Assembly: GCA_963729625.1 (NCBI GenBank)
Contig: CAVSOU010000014.1
Location: 32,001 to 96,000, forward strand
Direction: 5' to 3'
Length of the DNA stretch: 64,000 nt
Source of the DNA: an uncultured bacterium
GTDB taxonomy: Bacteria > Chloroflexota > UBA5177 > JANWHV01
Below are positions 39,131-48,356 of the stretch, piece by piece. Under the pieces are notes generated by a model. That model searched no databases. It was not told the DNA's origin and worked only from the letters and a program-made list of their open reading frames with translations. The first letter of the stretch is position 1. Every line of letters starts with the position of its first letter. The translations under genes were made by a program, and so were the position numbers.

Positions 39131-39159
39131 TTGACATGGCACAGGGAAAACGTTATGAT
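39131..39159 (+). promoter_or_regulatory. sigma70 promoter with overlapping LacI-type operator, lacI-family gene
   Basis: TTGACA-tggcacagggaaaacgt-TATGAT; 26/29 identical to the divergent promoter. Confidence 0.8.
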
Positions 39160-39204
39160 GCGTGCCGATACGAATACGGCGCAGTCAAAGGGTGAGAGAT
39201 CAGC

Positions 39205-40251
39205 ATGGCGAATGAGACGATCGAAGACGTCGCCCGGCTGGCCGACGTGAGCATCGGCACGGTCTCTCGGGTGCTTAATGGCACCAAGCGGGTGAGTCCG
39301 CAAACGAGGGCGCGCGTGCTGGCCGCAATCGATCAGCTGCAGTATTCTCGCAATGCTGCAGCTCATCGTCTGCGCAGCCGTTCGACGAAGTCTGCGGCGC
39401 TGATAATGTCTCATCTGGCCAACCCCACGTTCGGACCGATTATCACAGGTATCGAGGAGACTCTCTCCGACCATGGCTACACGCTTATGCTGTGCGACTC
39501 CAATCAATCTGCTCAACGTGAAGCTCAGCATGTCGGCACGGTGGCGCAGGAGCGCATTGCCGGGCTGATCATCATACCATCTACGTTGTCCGGTGCCGTA
39601 CTGGAGCCCTTGTTCAGAAGGCACGTACCCATCGTCTGTCTTGACCGTCGACTGCACGACGTGTCGATCGACACGGTGATCCTGGACAACCGCAGGGCCG
39701 CACGGATGGCAACCGAACACCTGCTCAACCTGGGCCATCGCCGCATTGGACTGATTACGAGCATGATGTCGACGCCAGGCATCGAACGGCGTGAGGGGTT
39801 CGTCCACGCCCTGGAGGCGGCTGGAGTGCCGCTGGACGAGCGGCTCATCCGAGAAGGATCGTACACGGCGGATCGAGCCTATCAGGCTGCCACCGCGATG
39901 CTGAGCGAATCACCTCCGTCGGCACTTGTGGTGGCGAACTTCCCGATGGTGCTCGGAGCAATGCAGGCCCTGCACGAGCACGGTCTGACGGTCCCCGACG
40001 ACGTCTCGCTGGTCGGTGTCGACGACGCGCCCTGGCTCCCGTACATGCGTCCGCCTCTGACGGTAGTCAGCCAGCCCTACAAAGTGCTTGGGCAGACGGC
40101 GGCATGCATGTTGCTCGATCGCATCACAGGCGACAAATCCGGCGTGCCAGCGCGTGAGGTGATGCTCGATCCGTTCATGGTGATCCGGGGCTCGACTGCG
40201 CCGGTCGGCATGGCACGCGCGGGGAGCACCAAGATCTCCAGCACTCACTGA
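39205..40251 (+). CDS. LacI family transcriptional regulator
   Basis: TIEDVARLADVSIGTVSRVLN, hinge AA..L, GHRRIG, VPDDVSLVG.DD, PPLT.V.QP, RGST. Confidence 0.96.
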   Translation: MANETIEDVARLADVSIGTVSRVLNGTKRVSPQTRARVLAAIDQLQYSRNAAAHRLRSRSTKSAALIMSHLANPTFGPIITGIEETLSDHGYTLMLCDSNQSAQREAQHVGTVAQERIAGLIIIPSTLSGAVLEPLFRRHVPIVCLDRRLHDVSIDTVILDNRRAARMATEHLLNLGHRRIGLITSMMSTPGIERREGFVHALEAAGVPLDERLIREGSYTADRAYQAATAMLSESPPSALVVANFPMVLGAMQALHEHGLTVPDDVSLVGVDDAPWLPYMRPPLTVVSQPYKVLGQTAACMLLDRITGDKSGVPAREVMLDPFMVIRGSTAPVGMARAGSTKISSTH

Positions 40252-40304
40252 ATTGGGGCGTAGGTACCACCCGAAGCCGGGCCACCGGCCGGACTACAAT
40301 GGGG

Positions 40305-40376
40305 CTGGGGTGCCAGGATTCGAACCTGGGAATGCCGGTTCCAAAGACCGGTGCCTTACCACTTGGCGACACCCCA
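40305..40376 (-). tRNA. tRNA-Gln(TTG), CCA not encoded
   Basis: TGGGGTG/CACCCCA acceptor stem, CCGGT-CTTTGGA-ACCGG anticodon arm, GGTTCGAATCC T arm; promoter TTGACA-17-TACCTT at 40414-40386. Confidence 0.97.
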
Positions 40377-40637
40377 TCTGGTAGGAAGGTAGCGGTCGTC
40401 GTGCGCGTTGTCAATGCAAATTCGCGCCGATCCCGTATGATGAATCTCGAGCATCTATTCATCGGGAGAGTGCATTCATGCGAGGATACACGTCGTCACG
40501 AGGTCCTCGAGCGCACGCCGATCCATGCCCTCTTTCCTCGGTTACGCGATACACTTGGCTAGGTTGCGGTTGGCTGTGACTCCGCCCGCTTCAGCCTCCG
40601 CTTCCCTGCATTTCGCACGTCATCACCTGGACGACGA

Positions 40638-42143
40638 GTGACGTTGCGCCTCATCAACCTGGTATTGTTTGCCGCATTGGTGCTCGGAACGTGTGGCATG
40701 GCGACGCCGCTGGCGAGGGCCGGCGGCGCGCCGATCTATGATCTGGGCGGCATTACCCTGCTCGTCCGGACTGGTGACGAACAGATTGATACGGCCGAGC
40801 GCTACGCACTTGCCGTGCTTGGGGCAGACTATGACGGCACGGTGCATACAGCGGCCACGGATTATTACTCCAATCCCTGGGTTCGCGACAGTTTCGCGTG
40901 GGGTATGTTGCCGTCGTTGCTCGATGCAAGCGTGGCGTCGTACACGTCTACCGAGCTCCAGTACTGGTTGCCGCGTCAGCAACGATTTGGCGGCTGGGTC
41001 ACCGCACCCGAATCCGGGTATTTCGACGAGACCGCAATCCTGATTTCCGCCGTGCTGGACGCATATGAGATTTCGGGCGACATCGGGCTGGTCCGTCAGG
41101 CTGTGCCGCGCCTTGTTCGCGGCTGGGCCTGGCTGCAACACAGCTACGTCAGTCCGGACCGCGGCAGCACTTACCTCCTGTATGCCAACGTGCCTCCTCA
41201 CGTTGCGACCGACTGGGCAGACCAGGTGGCGCGCAGTGGATATGCGACGCAACTCGAAGCGCTTTGGTATTCGGCGACGAACAGCCTTTCGATCATGGAG
41301 CGACTGCTGGGGAACCGCACCGCGTCAACCCAATTCGCCACATTTGCCTCTCACATTAGGTCCGACATCAACAGGATGCTCTGGACAACGGCTGCGCCTT
41401 ACGCGACAGATGCAGCCCCAGTCGGAGGTTTTGGCCATTATCGCTCCTGGTTGGGTCCTCGCGACTACTTCGAGCTCGACAGCAACTTCCTGTGTGTACT
41501 CTACGGCATCGCCGACAGTAGCCAGGCGCGAAGTATCACCGGATTCGTCCGGCAGCACCAGACCTATTTGCTTGGTCTGAACACGAGCTACGGCGTTCCG
41601 GCGAAGGTGCTCTACGGCGATTACGCCCCGGCGGATTATGCCGGCAGGCACGAACGCCTGGGCCCGGGCAAGTACCAGAACGGCTATTGGCCTATAGTAG
41701 GGTCTCTGGCCGCGATGGCCTTTGCGACGGTCGGCGACACTGCGGAATCCCGGGCAATTCTCGCACAGATCGGTGCGGCGTTCGTGCGCGAACGCGATGT
41801 TCGCGAGTGGTACACGCAGGACGGCGACGGATCGGGCGCGCCGGCGTTTCAGTGGGCTGCACGCATGTTCGTCACGGCACTGTACTCCGCGTATCTCGGC
41901 ATACAGCCCTACACCGTTGATCGAGGGGAGAGGCTGACGGCAGGAATCCAGCTGCGTGCTCCCGACGGAGGCGGCTCCGCGGATATCGCATTCCATGGAC
42001 GCACTCTTCACGTCTCGGTCGACCGATCAGGGTCGTCGCCCTACGTAGCGCTTAACGGAAGGATTCTACCTGGAACACAGGTTCCTGGCGCGCTGCTGTG
42101 CGCGGGTTGTACTTTGGAATCACGCTGGGGTTCGCCGGCCTGA
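40638..42143 (+). CDS. Secreted six-hairpin (alpha/alpha)6 glycosidase-like protein
   Basis: Signal peptide ending ARA; WVRDS, FDET, DW.D, YQNG.WP, VREWY, FQWAA; exact GH family not assignable. Confidence 0.65.
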   Translation: MTLRLINLVLFAALVLGTCGMATPLARAGGAPIYDLGGITLLVRTGDEQIDTAERYALAVLGADYDGTVHTAATDYYSNPWVRDSFAWGMLPSLLDASVASYTSTELQYWLPRQQRFGGWVTAPESGYFDETAILISAVLDAYEISGDIGLVRQAVPRLVRGWAWLQHSYVSPDRGSTYLLYANVPPHVATDWADQVARSGYATQLEALWYSATNSLSIMERLLGNRTASTQFATFASHIRSDINRMLWTTAAPYATDAAPVGGFGHYRSWLGPRDYFELDSNFLCVLYGIADSSQARSITGFVRQHQTYLLGLNTSYGVPAKVLYGDYAPADYAGRHERLGPGKYQNGYWPIVGSLAAMAFATVGDTAESRAILAQIGAAFVRERDVREWYTQDGDGSGAPAFQWAARMFVTALYSAYLGIQPYTVDRGERLTAGIQLRAPDGGGSADIAFHGRTLHVSVDRSGSSPYVALNGRILPGTQVPGALLCAGCTLESRWGSPA

Positions 42144-42189
42144 GCTGTGCTAAAATCCCTAAGAGATTTTGCCGAACGCAAGGTGTAAA

Positions 42190-44247
42190 ATGCGCTTTCG
42201 TATCGATTCCAGACTGCTTGATCGCTTCCCGAATGCATGCATTGGACTCGTTGTCGCCTACGATCTCGACAACCGCGGGAACAGCCCGGTCATCACAAAT
42301 CTGCTGAGGAGCTCCGAATCGGATGTGCGGGAGCGATTCGCGACCGAGAACATGCTCGCGTTGCCCGCGTTTGTCACGTGGCATGAAGCATTTGCCAGGC
42401 TGGGCATGAGCGCAAAGCGATTCAAGATCTCGGTCGAAGCGCTGGCTGCACGTGTGCTGAAGGGCGCGCGACTGCCCGACCTGAATCCCGCCGTCGATCT
42501 GGCCAATGCATTATCCCTCAAGTACTTGCTCCCTCTTGGCGCTCACGACGTCGATCGCCTTCGTGGAGACATCGTCGTCGGCCCCGTACGCCCAGGGGCG
42601 GCGTTCACTCCGATGGGCGGCTCGAAGCCTGAAACGGTCGATCTGGAGGAGATCGTGTACGCGGACGACCAGGAGGTGCGCACGCGAAGGTGGGTGTGGC
42701 GGGAGGGCGAGCATTCACGGGTCACGGCCACGACGCGAACGGTGTTGTTTCCCATCGATGGGTGGATTGGACTCAACGATTCGGATGTGCGTTCGGCAAA
42801 GGTCGAGCTCGCTACCCTCCTCGAGGAGCAGCTCGGCGCGCATGTACGGACGTTCTTCCTGGATCGAAGCACTCCCGAAGCGGTGCTGGAACCCGACGAT
42901 TCGCGTCAGGATCAGCCCATTTCTACCCACGATGGGTTTCGCATGGCCGGAGTCGCGTATCGCGAGATTCCCTCCGAGCCGGTCACCGTCAAGGCGGAAG
43001 CTCTCGAGCCGGTGGTTGAGCAAGCGCGGCCAACGATCCGTCGCGCCGGGCCCTGGGGCAAGCAGGACGCGATCTCCAGCCTGCTGAATCGGGCCACCGA
43101 ACATGTCGTGATCCGTGAAGAGCTGGAGGGGCGGCTGCGAAGCGGCGACCGACTGCGCGTTAAGCTCGGGATCGATCCGACGAGTCCCCATGTGCATATC
43201 GGCCATGCCGTCGTATTGCGGAAGCTTCGTGCCTTTCAGGACCTTGGGCACACGATCTGCCTCGTCATCGGCGACTTCACAGCTCAAATTGGCGACACAT
43301 CCGACAAGTCGGCCATGCGACAGATGCTCTCCGAGGAAGACGTTTATCAGCACCTGACAACCTACAAGAAGCAGATATCTCAAATACTCGACGAGTCGAA
43401 AGTCGAGTGGAGCTACAACACCGACTGGCTAGGCTCGCTTCGCTTCAAGGACGTGGTCGGACTGGCGGCCAATTTCACCGTCGCTCAGATGCTTGAGCGC
43501 GAGAGCTTCGCCAAACGCTACGAAGCTGGACAGTCGATCGGTCTGCAGGAGTTCCTGTACCCGCTGATGCAGGGGTACGATTCGGTCGCTCTGAAAGCAG
43601 ACGTCGAAGCAGGCGGCACGGACCAGCTCTTCAACTTGATTGCCGGTCGCACGTTGCAGCGTGCATTCGGGCAGCCGCCGCAAGCAGTGCTCACCTGCCC
43701 ACTCCTGCTGGGCCTCGACGGCCGCAAGATGAGTAAGTCGTACGGTAACTTCATCGCACTTGACGAGCCGGCCAAAGATATGTACGGGAAAGCAATGTCC
43801 TTTCCGGACGAGCAGATTCTTCCATGCTTCGAGCTTTGCACAGACGTTCCGCTCGATGAGCTGGACACCATCGCGGACGCGCTGGAGGCAGGGCAGAATC
43901 CAATGATCGCGAAGAAGCGGTTGGCCTTCGAGATCACACGACTTTACCACTCCGAGGCGGCGACCCGATCGGCTCAAGAGGCATTTGAACGCGAGGTGCA
44001 GCGCAGGGAACGCCCTGCCGACATTCCAGTCGTCACGCTTGACCGTGGAGGTGAGTGGCTGCTGGCGGACCTCGTCGTGGCAACGGGCCTCTCCAAATCA
44101 AAGGGTGAGGCGCGGCGAAAGGCCGCTGAGGGCGCCGTGTACTACGACAATACACGTGTCATTGATCCACTGGCGTCCATAGAGGTCCGGGATGGCATGG
44201 TGATCAAGCTCGGCAGGCACTATCGCCAACTCCGACTACCCACATAA
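42190..44247 (+). CDS. tyrS: Tyrosyl-tRNA synthetase with N-terminal B3/4 domain fusion
   Basis: 42190-~42890: SVEAL..R.LKG..LP..NP.VD..N..SLKY.LP.G..D, EIVY.D, TRRW.WR (B3/4). From 43066: VKLGIDPT, HIGH (43195), YPLMQGYD, GGTDQ.FN, KMSKS (43726), C-terminal S4 domain. Extended -10 TGCTAAAAT at 42148-42156. Confidence 0.93.
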   Translation: MRFRIDSRLLDRFPNACIGLVVAYDLDNRGNSPVITNLLRSSESDVRERFATENMLALPAFVTWHEAFARLGMSAKRFKISVEALAARVLKGARLPDLNPAVDLANALSLKYLLPLGAHDVDRLRGDIVVGPVRPGAAFTPMGGSKPETVDLEEIVYADDQEVRTRRWVWREGEHSRVTATTRTVLFPIDGWIGLNDSDVRSAKVELATLLEEQLGAHVRTFFLDRSTPEAVLEPDDSRQDQPISTHDGFRMAGVAYREIPSEPVTVKAEALEPVVEQARPTIRRAGPWGKQDAISSLLNRATEHVVIREELEGRLRSGDRLRVKLGIDPTSPHVHIGHAVVLRKLRAFQDLGHTICLVIGDFTAQIGDTSDKSAMRQMLSEEDVYQHLTTYKKQISQILDESKVEWSYNTDWLGSLRFKDVVGLAANFTVAQMLERESFAKRYEAGQSIGLQEFLYPLMQGYDSVALKADVEAGGTDQLFNLIAGRTLQRAFGQPPQAVLTCPLLLGLDGRKMSKSYGNFIALDEPAKDMYGKAMSFPDEQILPCFELCTDVPLDELDTIADALEAGQNPMIAKKRLAFEITRLYHSEAATRSAQEAFEREVQRRERPADIPVVTLDRGGEWLLADLVVATGLSKSKGEARRKAAEGAVYYDNTRVIDPLASIEVRDGMVIKLGRHYRQLRLPT

Positions 44248-44327
44248 CGTGGTGCGTGGATGGCGTATGAAGCGCTGAGATCTCGGCAAACATACGTGCA
44301 ACACGTGCTCTATACCGGAAGCCAATC

Positions 44328-45107
44328 ATGGCTGAACTAGGACCTGGTGAAGCAGTCTATCGCAACCTCTGCGAGATGTGGCGCTCAGTTGGACGCCATT
44401 CAGGCGGCAACTCGAGTTTCGTGGTCGAGGATCGCGAAGACATGCTTCTCGTCAAGTCGCAGTTTGCGCATCGCGTGCCGCACATGGTTCTGGATCCGCG
44501 GGTGACGCCGGGGATGGAACACGCATGGACTCGATCGATCATCCGGGAGTGGGCAGGAGAATCGGTCGCAGTCATGGTCGAAATCCCACCGGGCACGGAA
44601 GGTGGAGCTCTGGCTGCTTCGTTGCGCGAGGAAGGGTTCGTACGCGGAATGCGACCGTCCATCGGCATGACGCTCGAAGCGAAGCCAGCGTTTGACGTGC
44701 GAGACGATGCTTCGATTTCGCTCGCCAGCGACGGAGCGGACCTTGACGAGGCTCGCGAGGTGCTTGGGTCGGTGTTTGGCCTTCCGAGCCATGTTTTCGC
44801 ATTCTATACGCCACCGCACGTGGTCCGCACGTTTATTCTGCGTGAGTTTGGGATCGGGGTTGCCGCCGCGTGCCTGTGCCCGTTCGCCGGCGTCGCCGGC
44901 GTGTATAGCGTCGGCGTACTGCCAACTTCTCGCGGGAAAGGGTGTGCGCGACGTCTGGTGCTGTATGTGCTCAGCCAGGCCGCGCAAATGGGGCTGACAA
45001 CCGCCGTGCTGTCCTGTGAACACCACCTGGCACCGCTGTACCGCAGCCTTGGCTTCTCTGTCCGCTGCGAGCTGACAACATATTGGCTGGAGTCAGCGTG
45101 GCGATGA
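44328..45107 (+). CDS. GNAT family N-acetyltransferase
   Basis: GVYSVGVLPTSRGKG (motif A), LY.SLGF. Confidence 0.85.
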   Translation: MAELGPGEAVYRNLCEMWRSVGRHSGGNSSFVVEDREDMLLVKSQFAHRVPHMVLDPRVTPGMEHAWTRSIIREWAGESVAVMVEIPPGTEGGALAASLREEGFVRGMRPSIGMTLEAKPAFDVRDDASISLASDGADLDEAREVLGSVFGLPSHVFAFYTPPHVVRTFILREFGIGVAAACLCPFAGVAGVYSVGVLPTSRGKGCARRLVLYVLSQAAQMGLTTAVLSCEHHLAPLYRSLGFSVRCELTTYWLESAWR

Positions 45108-45190
45108 TCGGTTCCTGTAGTCCATGTTACTGCCGTCGCGCGGGCTCTGTGCTACCCTAAACAGCGGCTCGCGACACCCCCATCCGATGA

Positions 45191-47596
45191 GTGAACTGGG
45201 ACATGATTACCGACAAAGCGCTGCACACGCTTGAATATGACCGGGTCCTCGGCAAGGTCGCGGGGCACACCAGCTTCTCGCTGAGCAAGGAAATGGTTCT
45301 TGCTCTGCAGCCTTGCACCGAGCTCGACGAAGTGCAAGAACTGCAGGGCCGCGTTGCAGAGGCAATGCGCGTGCTCGATTCGCGCGCGGACGTTTCGCTG
45401 GGCGGCGCGCACGATATTCGCCAGGATGTCACGCGCGCGGCTCTTGGAGGAACACTTGACCCCGCCCAGCTGCTCGAGATCCTGGGCACGCTCGAGTGCG
45501 CTGAGCGCGTTCGCGGCACGCTCGCGCGCCTCACCGCCGACGACTATCCCTGGCTCGTGCAACTCCGAACTCGAATAGGCACGTTCAGGGAAATCATCGC
45601 TTTGATCCTTCAGACTGTGAGCCAGCAGGGTGAGATCCTGGATTCGGCCAGTCCGGCGCTTGCAAAGATTCGTGTCGATCTTCGGCTGGCCTATCAGCGT
45701 CTCATGGATCGCCTGCAGAGCATTCTGAGCTCACAGACGTACCGCAACGCGATACAGGAACCGATCATTACGATGCGCAACGGCCGCTACGTCATACCGG
45801 TGCGATCGGACATGCGTGGCGTCGTGCGGGGCGCCGTGCATGACCATTCGTCAAGCGGGGCAACCCTCTACGTAGAACCATTTCAGACCAGCGAGCTGAA
45901 CAACCGCTGGCGAGAGCTGCAGCTTCAAGAGCAGGAAGAGATCGCGCGCATTCTGCGCGTCATATCCGAACGTATTGCCTCGCAGGCGCCGTCGCTTCTA
46001 ACCACCGTCAATGCACTGGCGGAGTTTGACGTGACGCTCGCAAAGGCGCGTTTTGGCGGCTCCGTGCACGGCACGCTCCCGGTACTGGCAGCCGACGGCA
46101 GGGTCGATTTGCTCCAGGCCCGACATCCGCTGCTGTCCGGACACGTGGTGCCGATCAGTGTGCGGCTGGGCGACGAGTTTCGCCAGCTGCTCGTCACGGG
46201 TCCGAATACTGGCGGCAAGACCGTTGCGCTGAAGACGGTAGGGCTGCTCACGCTCATGGCACAGTCGGGGATTCCCATTCCTGCTGAATCGGGATCGCGC
46301 GTTGCGGTATTCGACGGCGTCTTTGCGGACATCGGCGATGAGCAAAGCATCGAACAAAGTCTCAGTACGTTTAGCAGCCATATGAACAACATTATTCGCT
46401 TACTTGACGAGCTGACCGACCGCAGCTTGCTCTTGCTCGATGAGCTGGGTGCGGGCACCGATCCCGCCGAAGGATCCGCGCTTGCGCGATCCCTGCTCAC
46501 ATACTTGCTAAAGACGCCCGCGCGCGTGATGGCCACAACCCACTATAGCGAGCTCAAGGCCTTTGCCTCGACGACTGACGGCGTGGAGAATGCGAGCGTC
46601 GAGTTTGACATCGACACACTCTCGCCGACGTTTCGCTTGAGCATTGGGTTGCCCGGACGGAGCAACGCACTTGCCATAGCCTCTCGTCTCGGCCTGCGGC
46701 CTGAGATCATCGACGGCTCGAGGGAGTTTCTCAGCTCTGAAGAGACGCGCGTAGAGACCATGCTCGCGCAAATAGCTCATGATCGCGAGACCGCGGCGGA
46801 GCTCTATGCCGCGGCCACCGAGGCTCAGAGACGCGCATCAGAGCTTCGATCTCGGCTCGAACAAGAGGTAGAATCGGTTCTTCACGAGCGAGACAGCATC
46901 CTGCGCGCGGCACGAGCAGCCGCCGAAGCCAGTGTGAGTGACCTTCGGCGCGAGCTTGACCGGGCTGAGGCGGAAATGCGCGTGCATGGCTCAACGCAGA
47001 CGGTCACGCTAGCGGCTCTGCGCGATCGCGTCGAGCGCGCATCCGAGCACCAGGCCAAGGCGCTTGCGGAGCCCGCAAACTCCATCCTCCAGGCAGCGCC
47101 GCCATCAGCTCCGATTTCAGACCGAGCAATTAGCGTGGGCGACCGCATACAGGTACTTCGCACGGGGCAGGACGGGACCGTAAGTGCTATCCCGCCCGGA
47201 AGAAGCGACATTGAAATCCAGATCGGCGCGTTCAAGATGCGCGCCAAGCTGAAGGACGTTCGTCTCGTCGCCCGCTTGGAGGATCTTGCGCCTGTGGACG
47301 AGTCGCGCTATGGTGGCGGGACACAGATAGTAAGAAGCGCAGGACCGGCGCCGAGCCTGGACTTCGACATGCGCGGTTGGAGAGTGGACGAAGTCATACC
47401 CGAGCTCGAGCGCTACCTCAACGACGCATACATGTCGAACATGCCGTTCGTCAGGATCATACATGGGAAGGGAACTGGCGCGCTTCGACAGGTCGTCCGT
47501 GAGGAGCTCGCGACCAATCCGCTGGTCAGCTCGTTTAAGGGCGCCGATGATCACGCGGGTGGCGAAGGAGTGACGATCGCGCACCTGGCCGTGTAG
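45191..47596 (+). CDS. mutS2: MutS2 endonuclease/ATPase with Smr domain
   Basis: R.GRYVIPV, HD.SSSG.T.YVEP, TGPNTGGKT, DIGDEQSIEQSLSTFS, DELG.GTDP, IIHGKGTG.LR; start may be ATG 45203. Confidence 0.96.
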   Translation: MNWDMITDKALHTLEYDRVLGKVAGHTSFSLSKEMVLALQPCTELDEVQELQGRVAEAMRVLDSRADVSLGGAHDIRQDVTRAALGGTLDPAQLLEILGTLECAERVRGTLARLTADDYPWLVQLRTRIGTFREIIALILQTVSQQGEILDSASPALAKIRVDLRLAYQRLMDRLQSILSSQTYRNAIQEPIITMRNGRYVIPVRSDMRGVVRGAVHDHSSSGATLYVEPFQTSELNNRWRELQLQEQEEIARILRVISERIASQAPSLLTTVNALAEFDVTLAKARFGGSVHGTLPVLAADGRVDLLQARHPLLSGHVVPISVRLGDEFRQLLVTGPNTGGKTVALKTVGLLTLMAQSGIPIPAESGSRVAVFDGVFADIGDEQSIEQSLSTFSSHMNNIIRLLDELTDRSLLLLDELGAGTDPAEGSALARSLLTYLLKTPARVMATTHYSELKAFASTTDGVENASVEFDIDTLSPTFRLSIGLPGRSNALAIASRLGLRPEIIDGSREFLSSEETRVETMLAQIAHDRETAAELYAAATEAQRRASELRSRLEQEVESVLHERDSILRAARAAAEASVSDLRRELDRAEAEMRVHGSTQTVTLAALRDRVERASEHQAKALAEPANSILQAAPPSAPISDRAISVGDRIQVLRTGQDGTVSAIPPGRSDIEIQIGAFKMRAKLKDVRLVARLEDLAPVDESRYGGGTQIVRSAGPAPSLDFDMRGWRVDEVIPELERYLNDAYMSNMPFVRIIHGKGTGALRQVVREELATNPLVSSFKGADDHAGGEGVTIAHLAV

Positions 47597-47599
47597 CTG

Positions 47600-47791
47600 C
47601 TATTGCAGGAGGAGCTCAAAGTTGGGCTCTTCGCGCTCGCCCGTGATGCGCTTCACAAGCCTGCCGGTCAGACCGGCGACATCGTCACCGAAGATCGCGG
47701 CAAGCGTCGATCCCAGGCCGAGACCCAAAGCGATACCAACAAGCATGCCCAGGAAGAACGGCTTCCGCCTCGAAGCAACCTTCTCGCTCAC
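47600..47791 (-). CDS. Small single-TM protein
   Basis: Gly-rich hydrophobic helix FFLGMLVGIALGLGLG, C-terminus NFELLLQ; directly follows rsfS. Confidence 0.6.
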   Translation of the reverse strand: MSEKVASRRKPFFLGMLVGIALGLGLGSTLAAIFGDDVAGLTGRLVKRITGEREEPNFELLLQ

Positions 47792-47816
47792 ACCCTGCAG
47801 CCAATCAGGTTCAACA

Positions 47817-48209
47817 CTACTGCAACCGCACAACGATCTGCGCCTGCTCCCACAGCTGCTCCAACCGATAGTAGGCTCGTTGATCGGCGGTCATGATGTG
47901 CAGGATCACGTCACCGTAGTCGAGTAGCACCCACCCATCGGCAGGAGTACCCTCGCGTTTGTAGGGCGGAACGTCTAGCGCGTCGAGAGCTTCCTCAACG
48001 CCCTCGGCGATTGCCCGAATCTGTCGTTCGACGACGGCAGAACAGATAACAAAGTAGTCAGCTAGACTTGAGATCTTGCGAACGTCGAGCAGTACGATAT
48101 CCAGTGCTTTTTTGTCGGAGGCCGCGTCCACCATCTTGCGCGCGGTGTCAAGCGAGCTCAGCGCAGGGAGCCTGCTCTCAGGGAGCGAATCTTCGAAATG
48201 CATCGTCAT
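47817..48209 (-). CDS. rsfS: Ribosome silencing factor RsfS (Iojap)
   Basis: DKKA.DI..LDV, ADYFVICS, RQI.AI, EG....WVLLDYGD...H......R.YY.LE.LW. Confidence 0.95.
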   Translation of the reverse strand: MTMHFEDSLPESRLPALSSLDTARKMVDAASDKKALDIVLLDVRKISSLADYFVICSAVVERQIRAIAEGVEEALDALDVPPYKREGTPADGWVLLDYGDVILHIMTADQRAYYRLEQLWEQAQIVVRLQ

Positions 48210-48356
48210 GTGGCTGATTGTACCATTGGCCACGGAACCACGAAATAGCCTGAGGTGGACGCGACTGCACGATGGCGCCTGATGGAGTCCGTCAGCCATG
48301 CATACCACATGATCCGGTGCAGTCCTCCGGTCGAGTGCCGTTGAGGGCGCTGGCAA

